A stretch of 63,983 bases of DNA, filler included, from Rhizaria sp. SCN 62-66 (lineage: Eukaryota): NCBI GenBank assembly GCA_001724265.1. It is 4 parts of 4 records of this genome, joined end to end, with 100 filler letters (N's around TTAATTAATTAA, not from the genome) between each part and the next. Parts side by side here need not be neighbours in the genome. Positions count along the whole stretch, not along the records: positions 19,793 to 39,189 come from MEDY01000465.1; positions 39,290 to 58,628 come from MEDY01000466.1; 2 more parts are not named here. The stretch is one strand, 5' to 3'. Numbering within the stretch: position 1 is the first letter of the stretch; each line of letters starts with the position of its first letter. Of the stretch, positions 37,603 through 48,124 are shown piece after piece. The notes below the pieces were generated by a model, which saw only the letters and a program-made list of their open reading frames with translations, was not told the origin of the DNA and searched no databases. A program made the position numbers and the translations under genes.

Positions 37603-38778
37603 GGAGCGAGGCTGTTGGTGGGCAAATGAGTGCGTTGCGAAAGGACAGGAGGGTGAGAAAATGAACAAGAGCATGAAGCGCGCGCTCGAAAGAAGCGCGA
37701 AAATGGAATGAAAGATTTGGAGGAACAAAACGCACAGATAGAAGTATAAAAACCTAAAAAGAATAATCGCAACAATGTTTAATCAGATCCATCTCTCGCA
37801 GCCATTTTCATGTTAGTCCTGGCTCATACAAAAGCGTAATAATGAGCGATCACCCAGTGTAAGATACATCAAGCCATAGATTAGGCCCACTTCATCACTC
37901 TCCGAACGCCAGGTACTTGACAATAATCGTCAAAGAAGATATCACTGCTAGAGCAACGTAAATGATGAGTCCTTGTAACCCCCAGTGAAGAATTTACCTC
38001 TCCATACTGATGCTATCTTGTATTTATATCACCAAATGCATTCTAAAGGAGAATCGTGGTCCCTTGACGACCTGGCAACACCACGCAGAGAAATTGCACT
38101 AACAATGTCTCGATAGAGTTATATACGCGTGAATAGATAAAAAATAAACGTATACATAGTAAAACTTATACTCAGCTCTGTGAAAGCCTATATGACCGAC
38201 TTCTATCATCAAATAGCGCAAACAAGTGGGCCCAAGATCGATGTCCTAAAGTTGCGACTTTAGAACACCAGCGAATCTCTCATATTAACGCCAATAGCAA
38301 TAGGGCGCAGGGCCCGTAAAATATACTCATAGATCAACTTGATATAGAAGATACGCCAACACCACGTACGAACAACGAGAGTGACGCACAATGCCCTCGC
38401 AATATGCAGCGACGCGTAGCCACAGCAAGAAAGCATGCGAGTCGTGCTCTTAAGACAGACCCATGCATGTTCGGCCAACCTCATAGAGTGCGGTACTGCA
38501 TGCTAATACACGTCCGGCGTAGCGTTAGCATTCCTACAGCTCCTCGTCAGCCTGCGCTAGAGATGCAAACGTGCACGTGAACATGCCGACGCAGCAATCG
38601 GGCTCCACCACAACCCTCCGAGTGTGCATCCGAAACAACCCGCAAAGAAGTCAACAATGGCGTATCGAAGCAAACAAACAAGACAACTCACACCTAGTTG
38701 ATTTGATATGACATCGCAACGATTAAGAGAGGTCGCATGATATGTTTCTTTCGTTTGTCTGAGGTCAGCAGACTGGCA

Positions 38779-38803
38779 ACCGCCGACCGTGGGCGCGGCT
38801 TAA
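38779..38803 (+). promoter_or_regulatory. Candidate promoter element ACCGCCGA-N5-GGCGCGG-N2-TAA upstream of RPL6
   Basis: Matches the motif upstream of MIC10; a further CCGACCG follows at about 38813. Confidence 0.3.
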
Positions 38804-39015
38804 CTTCGGCCCCCGACCGAGCAGCCAGTCCGGTTGGACTCCGCATTCACGTCGGGCCCAACTTTGGCGAGGTCGTTATGGTCTTTACAGTCGCTGTATT
38901 GCGTTGTGTGTGAAATATTGAAGTGTATTTGTCGTGTATATTTTGATAATGTTGTCTAACTTTGCTCTCTCCCTTTGCTTGTGCTCTATTTGTGTCTCGC
39001 CGCTCGACAGGGAAT

Positions 39016-39189
39016 ATGGCTAAGATCACTGCTGCCCGCAAGGCTGTCATTGCCAAGCGCAAGGGTTCGCTCGCGAAGCTCTCCAAGTCTCTCGCCCCCA
39101 AGGTCGTGAACAAGAGCGCCCTCCCCGCCAACATCACCCCCGGCACCGTCCTCATCCTCGTTGCCGGCCTCCACAAGGGCAAGCGCGTT
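39016..39189 (+). CDS. RPL6: 60S ribosomal protein L6 (eL6), 5' fragment truncated by assembly gap
   Basis: MAKITAARK...ALPANITPGTVLILVAGLHKGKRV matches the eL6 signature ITPGTVLILL.GRF.GKRV; highly biased codon usage. Confidence 0.9.
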
Positions 39190-39289
39190 NNNNNNNNNNN
39201 NNNNNNNNNNNNNNNNNNNNNNNNNNNNNNNNNTTAATTAATTAANNNNNNNNNNNNNNNNNNNNNNNNNNNNNNNNNNNNNNNNNNNN
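39190..39289. other. Artificial assembly gap spacer (44 N + TTAATTAATTAA + 44 N)
   Basis: Same 100-nt structure as the other spacers; different genes lie on either side. Confidence 0.98.
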
Positions 39290-39415
39290 ATCGTTGACTC
39301 CAAGGCTCCCATCGTTGACTCCAAGGCTCCCATCGTTGACTCCAAGGCTCCCATCGTTGACTCCAAGGCTCCCGTCGTCGACGCCAAGGCCCCTGTCCTC
39401 GATGCCAAGGCTCCT
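39290..39415 (+). repeat. 21-bp coding tandem repeat atcgttgactccaaggctccc (IVDSKAP) x4 plus two degenerate copies
   Basis: Directly visible; the array runs into the gap and probably caused the contig break. Confidence 0.92.
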
Positions 39416-40750
39416 GAGGTGAAGAAGGCCGTTGAGGAGATCAAGAAGGACCTCGCCACGCCCGTCACTGACTCCGCGGCCCCCAAGTCGACCTCTGCGG
39501 TGCTCGATGACCTCAAGAAGGACCTCGCCAAGCCCGCCGACGCCGTCAAGCCCGCGCCCGCCCCCGGCAACGACACCGCGGCCGCGACCGCGGCTGCCGT
39601 GGCCTCCGCCGACCCCGTCAAGGCCGCCGAGGCCGCGGCGGGCGAGCTGGCGACCCAGGCGCTCAAGATGAAGCTCGAGGCGCAGGCCAAGGCGAGCGGC
39701 GCCCCGCCCCCGGTCGTGGTCGCTCCCACCAACGTGCCGACGACGTCCGAGATCGCTAAGGTGCTGGCGAAGAGCAAGCCGCTCGAGGGCGGCGAGTCTG
39801 CGCCCGCCAGCGGCACGGCCGGCTCCGTCACCTCGGTCGAGAACGCCATGCCCGACACGGTCGTCAAGGAGATCAAGAAGGAGGCCACCGAGTCCGTGGA
39901 GGTGGCCAAGCTCAAGGAGGACCTCAAGACGCCCGCGCCCGAGCCCGCGGCCGTGGACATGGTCGTCAACGCGCTCGAGGCCGTCAAGGCCTCCAACCCC
40001 GACGCCGCCGCCGCCATCGTCGGCGCGCCCGCCCCCGCTGAGAACCCCGCTGCCGCCGCCGCCGCTGTCGCCGGTGCTGCCGTCCCTATTGCTGTTGACG
40101 CCGCCGTCCCCGTCGCCGGCAACTCCACCGCCGCCGTCCCCGCCGCCGCCGCCCCCGCCGCCGCCGCCCCCGTCGCCGTCCCCGTCGTGCCCGCCGACGG
40201 CGCTGTGGTGATCGGCAACGGCACTGTCGCCGACGCCGGCAACTCGACCGGCAACGCGACCGGGATCGTCCCCCCCACTGCGGACATCACCGATGCGATT
40301 AAGTCCGGCAACCTGACCGTGCCTATCACCGTGACTCCCGGCAGCGCGACGCCCGCGCCGCAGCCCGTCGTGGTGACTGCGCCGCGCAGCAAGCCCGACG
40401 GCTCCGACTACACCTCGCCCTTCATGCACCCGCGCCAGGTACGCCGCCCTCTTTCTTTATGTGAAACAATTCAAATGTTATGAATGTAATTTTTTGACAG
40501 TATTAATTGCGTTTGAATAGTTGTATCATCATGCACTCTTATCTCTAATTTGTTTACTGTTCTTTTTCTCCTCTTACAGGCCCGTACTCTGCCCGACTAC
40601 GCGCAGGCCCAGATCGCGAGCCCGGCCTTCCAGCAGCCTGCCAACCCCGTGGCACCGGCCGCGCTGACCGCGGTGACCATCGCCGCCGGCAAGGCCGCCG
40701 CCAAGGCGCCCGCCACCGAGGCCGCCCCCGTCGCGCCATCTGTCATCTAA
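39290..40750 (+). CDS. Ala/Val/Pro/Lys-rich repetitive protein, 5'-truncated by gap; join(<39290..40438,40580..40750)
   Basis: Open frame from the gap edge with strongly C/G-biased codons. Phase-0 GTACGC...CAG intron at 40439-40579. Several N-x-T sequons (GNST, GNGT, GNAT, GNLT). Stop is TAA. Confidence 0.8.
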
Positions 40751-41486
40751 GCGCGCTTTAGTCTAATCGTTCTCTAATGCTCTCAGCGACGCGATAAGTA
40801 AGCCACGCGTACATGTGCCAACATGCGTGTGAGCGAGTGTCGGGCAGCAGAGTGCGAAATAGATATTTGTATGGCTGGTTGATATGATGTGGGAAGCGTG
40901 GTTTGTGATCACAAAACATGATCGCGCTGGAGGTTGGGAATTGAGCCAATTGTCTTTGATTCAAAGCAATGTGTCTTCAAGCGAACAAACAAACTGTTCT
41001 CATTGTCAGTGTGCTGTGCTGTGATATATGCAGCGTGACTGGAATGATGTGTAATACACTGACTATTCAAACAAGAGCATGTATTTTCTCAACTGTACCT
41101 CCATATTTGTGTTTGAAATGTGCGTTATCGTCTTAATGCTTGAGTTATAGACCGTGTTGAACTCACTCAAAGAACTGCAATCGATGGCTTAAATGAGTAT
41201 CTAACGAATACACCTAAGATTTGAGTTTTGGGGCATCTTAATTCCTCGCTTCGCTCTTGTAATGTTGCGAATACCAAGATAGAGCAAAGCATTTTGAGTC
41301 TGACATAAAAATCACGCTCAACAAGAAACTGAAAAGTGTAAAATGCAACATAGCGAGATAAAAACGATTTTACGGCAATTCAAAGAATATTTAAATAAAT
41401 AAATATCTATTGTATCGAATTTCTTCAAGTAGGCTCAGTATATATGAATATTTCGCATATATCGAGTGTTTTTCGTGGCGTCTTCG

Positions 41487-44400
41487 TCAGAAAGCGAACT
41501 CGAGCTTGTCCTTACGCCCCTCGGCGTCGAGCGGCGTCCAGCCTACCACAGCGCCTTCGCGCACGTGCTGGATAGACGCGCGCGCCAAACTGCGGCGCCG
41601 GCGGTTGGCCACGATCGAGACCGCAATCACGTGCTTGTCCAAGCGAGCACTGTCGTCACTGGGGCTGCTCTCCGTATCAGTCGAGATATTACCAGTCGCA
41701 GAGTTATTATCAGTTGCAGCCCCCGCGCTCGCGCGACTGACGGCCTTGACGAACGCCCCATCCCTGTGCTTGATTGCGCCGAGCGCGCGCTGCACGTCCC
41801 CACGGCCGACGACCGAGGCCGCGATGGACGCCGAGAGCTGTTTCATGCGGCGGCCATAGCTGCGGAGCTCGGCCAGCGAGCCCTCGTCGATGCCCACGGT
41901 CAGCGACACCACGAACATCGGGCCCGCGCCGTGACTGCTGCCATTGCTGCTCTCGCTGCCCGCCGCAGGGGCAAAGTCGCCAGTTGGCGGGGCTGCTGTG
42001 CGCGCCGCAGTGTTGACCATGGGCGGGAACGAGACGATCCAGGGCCCGTCGAACGGGACGCCCTCGACAGGCGCCGCGGCCTCCGTGACGAGGCTCGCGC
42101 TGCTCAGGTCAACGCTCGTCCCTTCGGGCGCGTTCGCGGCCTGTGACAGGAGGCTCTTGAGGCGCTGCTGCCGCTGCAGGTGCTGCGTGTTGACAGCGCT
42201 CGCGTGCTCGCAGCGCGCGCCCAGCGACGCGCAGAGGGCGCGCAGCACGCGCGCGTCGTGCTCCTCTTCGCTCAGCCCCGCGCGCACGGCGCCGCGGTCC
42301 TACGAGATAGCAAGTAATGATGTGATGCAACAAATGTAGAATTATGAGAAAGTGAGAGATATCGATGTCAGCTGAGGTTGTAGATAAGATAAACATTGGA
42401 CAAGGACAATTGTTGCGTAGTAGTCAGTTTCAGTCTCATGACGGGTTTGTGGGTTTGTAGCGTACCTGGTCGGCGAGGTCGCGCAGCAGCCAGTCGAGTC
42501 GGCGCAGCAGAGGCTCCGGGTCCCCAGCCCGCAGCGCGGCCGCTACGGCCCGCGTGGCCTGGCCGTCGCGCGCGCGCAGCCCCAGGTCGCGGACCGTGGC
42601 GGCGAGCAGCGGGCCCTGCAGCGCGCTGCGCAGCTCCGTGTTGGGCAGCGACAGGTACAGCACGTCCACGGGCGGCTGCGCGGCGCTCGCGCGGGGCCCG
42701 CGGTACGAGACGCCCGAGCGCGGGCGTCCGCGCGGGGCCGTGGCCAGCGCCGCGGCCACGGCGTCGGGCGCCGCTGGCAGCAGCCCGCTGCCGGTGAGCG
42801 CGAGAACACCCGAGTAGAACAGCTGCACTGCCGTTGCAGCGCTCAGAGAGTCGCCACCCGCGTCGACGTTATGGACCGGGGCGCTGATGTTGCTATTGTC
42901 ATTAAGCAGGAGCCCGGGCCCAACGGTCGCCGAGATGTACGCCGCCGAGGCCGCCGACGCCGCGGTATCAGGCTCGTCGTCGCCCTGCTTGCCCGCACAC
43001 ACGCCACTCGCGGGCACAGCGGCCGTGGTGCGCACAAGGTCCGCGGGCGCGACGGGCGTGCGCTGCCAGAGCGCGCGCAGCTGCGGCAGCGGCAGCTCGG
43101 CGAGGCGCGGCAGCGCGGCCCGCGCAGCGACGGCGCGCGCCCACACAGGCGCAAAGCTGCCGCTCACTAGCGCTGCAAACACCGACGGGTAGCTCGCCGT
43201 GGGCGCCACGCGCAGCGGCGCGAACGTGCCCTGGACCGCGCCCGCGCCTGCGTTTGCGCTCGCAGCGGGGATGCCGCTCACGGAGGCCTGCTTCTGCCCC
43301 CGCGATCGCGGCGGCGGGGCCAGCCTGGCCGTGAGCACGGCGGCGTCGGGCAGCGCGGGGTAACGGAAGCCACCGCAGCGGTCCATGAGCACAACCGCGG
43401 CCTCGACCGGGGTGAGACGCAGCTGTTCCGCGAGCCTGCGCCACGGCGCGCCGGGGGCGCGGTCCGCGGGCGTCGCGCCGTGCGGGTCCGCCAGCGCCGC
43501 GGCGTCGGCCGCCGACACGCCCAGCGCGGCCGCAGACAGCGGGCTGAAGGTCGCGTCCACGAAGCCTCGCTGGGACGGCTTTGCACCGGCACTCACACTG
43601 GCGTTGGTGCTCGCGGTGACCTCGCTGCTGGCGGCGAACAGGGGCACGAGAGCGGGGCCGGCACGCTGCACGCCGACGACCACGGCGTGCGACAGCGCAA
43701 ACTGCTGGTGTTTCTGCTGCGCGCGCGCAGTAGCGCCGGGGCCGGACTCGCGCAGCGGCAGCGCGGCGGCCGCGCGGAGGCCGCGGAGGAAGGACGCGAC
43801 AAGGAACGCGGCCGCCTCGTGCTCCCGCGCCACACCCGCGCTCACCGCGCCAGCAATCGCTCCCACGCCTCTCGCGCGCGAGCGGTGGCACGTCGAATCA
43901 GAGCCGGAGACGGCGTCGGCGAACAGCATCGCGTCCGCCTCAGTCTCAGCGTCGGACCCGAGGAACCCGCGGCCGACCGCGCCGCCGCTGCCGCCAACAC
44001 AGTCGCCCCAATCGCCGCTGCAGTGCTCCTGCTCCATCTGCTCCATGAGGGGCACGAGCAGCGGCGCGTCGTAGTTGTCCACCAGCACGGCGACGGGCCT
44101 GCCCCCGCCGAAGCGTGCGGCGGCCGCGACGAGGCGCGTGACGCGGCCGGCCAGGTCGCGGCGGCGCGGCGTCAGCCCCTCGCCCCACAGCGCGCTCACA
44201 GCGCCGTTCACGCCGCCCACCACGCTGTCCAACGCCAGGGCATCACGAGGAGATGCGGCACCCGCGCTGGCGCCGTAGAGGGCCTCATAGTGCGCGAGCT
44301 GGCCGTCGAGCAACGCAAAGGCCGCTGCGGCGCGTGAGGCGGCCTCGGCGCGGCCCGTCGCAGACTCGCAGCCGGACTGTGACGCCCACTCGCGGGCAGC

Positions 44401-47193
44401 GGCCACGCCCGCGGCCACGGACGCGGGCTCGGCAGCGGCCGCGGCGCAGAACACTGCGCTCTCCCCGTGCTGCTGGCGCTGCTGTTGCTGTTGATTGAGA
44501 GAGTTCTGCGCAGAGTAGCCGACGCCCAGCCCGAGCACCGCGCCGCTGCCGATCGCGGCGGCGGCGTCGCTGCCGCCGGATGAGTGTTGCGTCGCCGCGA
44601 CGAACGGATCGTCCGCGCGGCCCAGCGCGGCGAAGTCGAACCGCAGCACGACGCGCTCGTGCCACGGCCACTGCACGTCGCCCGCGCTGCTGCTGCTGTT
44701 GTTGTTCGAGACATCCGCGCCCATGCTCACGTCCATGGCGTTGTTGTTGCTGTCGACTGCCAGGCCGCGGAAGAGCTCCCTGCGGCCCGCGAGCAGCGCC
44801 TCTGCGAGCGACAGCAGCGTCGACTTGCCAAACCCGGGCGGGCGGTGCACGACGCAGAGCGGGGCGGCCGTGAGCAGGCGCGCCGCGGCGAGCGACTTAT
44901 CCACCACGGCGCAGCGCGCCGCGCGCAGGGCGGACCAGTGGCGCGAGGCGGGCACGGCAGCCAACGGCAGGCAGGGACCCGCGCGGCGCGGCGGGCGCGG
45001 GAAGGCCGTCGACGGGAACGACGTTGAGAGGAACAGCGGCATCGCGAGCCCACTCATGCTCGCACTCGTGGGTACGGGTACTGGGGGAGCACGCGCCGCC
45101 ATGGGCGACGACGCCGCGGACACTGGCCTCAAGTTGACCGCAGCTGCCGCGGCGGCTGCAGCGGCGGCGGCGGCGGCGGCGGCGGTGGAGAGGTGCGCGT
45201 GCGCTGCAAAGTCGGCGACTGTGTCTCGCTCGGCCGCGGGCACGGCGCTCAGCGGTGGCACGCACTGAGGCGGCGCGCTGGCACATGGACTGGCAACGGC
45301 ACTGACGCGGCTGCCGTCCGCCGCAGAGGCGGCTTGCGCACCACGCGCAGCAGAGTGGCAGTGGCTGGAGGAGTGACCGTGGGCCGCGGAGAGCGCGGCA
45401 GAGGGGAAACGCTGGCTGAGTGCGAGCTGCGACGGGTGCACGCCGCCGGTGGAGCTCGGAGTGAAGCGGCCGCTGTGGACGCTGCTGCCATTGAATTTAC
45501 CAGCCGCAGCCGCAGAGGGAACAGCGGCCGCAGTGGCGGCAGCGGCCGCGGGCCCACGCCACGGCAGACGCAGCTGCACTGGTTCACCGGCAGTCGCACT
45601 CGGATTCGCATCCTGATTGTGGCCCAGCGAGTCACTCGAAGCCGTCTGAGCAGTCTTTGCGCCATTGCCAGTAGCGCCAGTGACAGTTACCGTGGGCTTG
45701 ACTGTGAGGAGCGGCGGGGCGCCGCGCGGCGCCGCGGGCAGCGCCGGCTGCGTGATCGCGGCCACGGCCGGCGGCAGCAGCGACAGCGCCGGGGACAGCA
45801 GTGACGCGAGCGCCAGGGCGTAGCTCGCGCTCGCCTCGGCGAGCTACGCACCGGCGCTCGCGCCTGCCTCGGTGGCCTCGGCAGCAGCCGTGGCGGTCGC
45901 CACGCGAGCATTGTCCTTGCTCTTGGTTTTGAATTTGCTCGCAGGGTCTCTGCTTGCAGCGCTAAGGGACGTAGTCGCGGACTGATCTTGCTGTTGCTGC
46001 TGCTGCTGTTGCTGCTGTTGAATCGCGAGACCCTTAGACTGTGTCCCCTTTGACGGAGCACCCCTAGACTTCCTCAACGTCGCAGCGCGCTTAGCTTGCA
46101 AGCGCTACTCGCACGGCACACACACTACATTTGAACTCGTCACCGGCGCAGGCCCAGACTCTCCGCGCGCACTGCTCGTGTCCGTGACCGTGTCAGTGAC
46201 CGCGAGCGCGTCAATGACCGTGAGCGCGGCCTGTGCGGCGTGCCAGAGCGGCCGCGGCAGGTACCCCAGCGCCGTGGGTCGGCGGAACTGCAGCTCCGCG
46301 CCGCAGCAGGCGCACGCCGCCACGGCCTCAGTGCGCGGGCCCTCCGCCGCGCCTAGTGCGGCCAGGGCGGGGGACGCGGAGGAGTGGGAGGGCTGTGGCG
46401 AGGGCTGTGACGCGGTTGGCGCGGCTGCGGTGGTAACGGCTTCATGCTCCGCAGCTTGTGCGGTGACGAGTTGCGGCGCGGCACGGTTGCGCTGTTTACG
46501 CGAGGGAAAAGTCACCGGGATCATGTCGCCGTCTTCATCGTCCTGGAGCATCTCCAGGGGACTGCGGGCAGACCTCGCGCCGAAACCGACATTGTGACTA
46601 AGATCGCTGTTGGCGTCGCTGTCAGAGCGCGCGCCAGTGTGTTGCGCGAGCAGCGCGGCCCACTGCGCGCCCTGCGTCTGCTGCTGCACGTGTTGCTGTG
46701 TCTGCGCTTGCGCGGCCTGCTGCTGCTCCCGCAGCAGCCGCGACTATGCCCTGGGCATCGAGAAGAAGCCGGTCGCAATCAGCTTGGCGTTGCGGCCCGC
46801 GTCGGCGGCCAGCAGCCGCGCCTGCAGGTCCGAGTACGCCTCGGGTACAAACCGCGAGAAGTCGCTCGCAGAAGCCGAGTCTGCTGTCCGTTGCTGTAGC
46901 TGTTGCTGCTGATCAGGAGGCCCGCTGCCGCTGCGGGGAGCGGGATCGTTGGCCTTGGAGCCACGAAGCGGCGTTGCGCGAGAGGACGATGACGCGTGCC
47001 TGTACGGCGAGCACACAACAGGACACAACTGCGTCGCCGATGCAGGACCGCAGATGTTGCTGCTCACTGTCACAGTCAGCGAGGGCCGGAGTGAGAGTGC
47101 GCTGACACAGGGGCGCGCGGGACCCAACAGGCGCGCGGAAGGCGCATGTGCGTGCGGGTAAGCGTGCGCCAGTGCAATGAGGCGAGATGCCAT
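41487..47193 (-). CDS. 1846-codon protein: presequence-like N-terminus + YqeH/NOA1-type Zn-finger + bacterial-type AAA-ATPase-like domain + degenerate PD-(D/E)XK-like C-terminus; three in-frame TAGs; complement(join(41487..42299,42466..47193))
   Basis: ORFs 47322-46744, 46689-46105, 46101-45844 and 45765-42436 share one frame and are separated only by TAG. Motifs: CACCGAELQ...P...GYLP...VCVPC; VVDKS; HRPPGFGKST; LFRGLAV; VVLRFDF; VLVDNYDAPL; LFYSGVLAL; LSLPNTELR; ALGAIKHR. Phase-0 GTACGC...TAG intron at 42465-42300. Stop is TGA. Confidence 0.75.
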
Positions 47194-48124
47194 GCTACAG
47201 ACGGCACGACGGCTGGTTGGCGCGGCGGCGTGAAGAGTTTGTTTTACAGTCTGCGGTAGGTTGGCGGCGAGGCGAGTTGAAGGGGATAGACACAGGTTGA
47301 GCAAGTGAGGTTTTTCAGGCATCGTTGATTTACTAAGTATAGTTCATATTTGAGTAGCATAAGTGCACTGACGGATGGTACCAGGCATGGTGATCTGCAT
47401 TGAATGTCCGAAAGAATGAGAGGGCTGATCGACTTCCGCACGGGTTCCGAAAAAAGACGTGCTCGTTTCTTGCCAAGCCCATTTCTTGCATGCTTCATTG
47501 GAGGCGATCTACGTCGCCTCAGCATCCGCCAATTCACGGTTAGGGAAAATCTCAGCACACAAACATGTTGGACTTACATTGGAATTTGATGGTGTACCAC
47601 CATACCTTCGTTCCAGGCCAGGGTACCTGCTCCTGTCATCCATGCGCCATGCCACCGCGCGTGCCTATGGCAATGAACACAATGTGCTGCAGGCGTCTAC
47701 CAGCGGCTGCTTCTCCGAACAAACGATACTTTTACGGTGCTAGATATGATGTTTTAACTAAGTACTTTCTTCTTTGCGCCTGGATGCATCATTCGCGTGC
47801 ATACCACGCTCCCCACTCTGGGTGAGATTAGATATCAAACCTCTGCATCAGTCACACGAGTTGTCTCCTCTTGCCACGCACTGTCAAGAGCGCCAATCGA
47901 TCTATGACTGCGTCTTATAACACAACGCACTTACATTATGTATTGATCTTTCGTGCTTGCTCTATAGCCTCGCTCTTTCGTTCCCTGTAGCCGACAGAGG
48001 TGCGTTGTGATTGGCCTTGTCTCCTGCGCCCTCTTTCGCCCTTTCCCCCGCTCCCCGCTCGTCCCCGCTTACCAGCTGCTTCGTGGTTCCGCCGGTCCGC
48101 CGCCCGCCCGTTCCACGCCCCAGC

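Noticed and set aside
39290-39415. 21-bp repeat array as a CRISPR array
   Set aside because: No spacers; the unit is a multiple of three and encodes IVDSKAP within a eukaryotic gene.
41487-47193. Bacterial contamination as the source of the AAA-ATPase-like gene
   Set aside because: It has a GTACG intron, the same Ala-rich expansions as neighbouring eukaryotic genes, and is contiguous with them without a gap.
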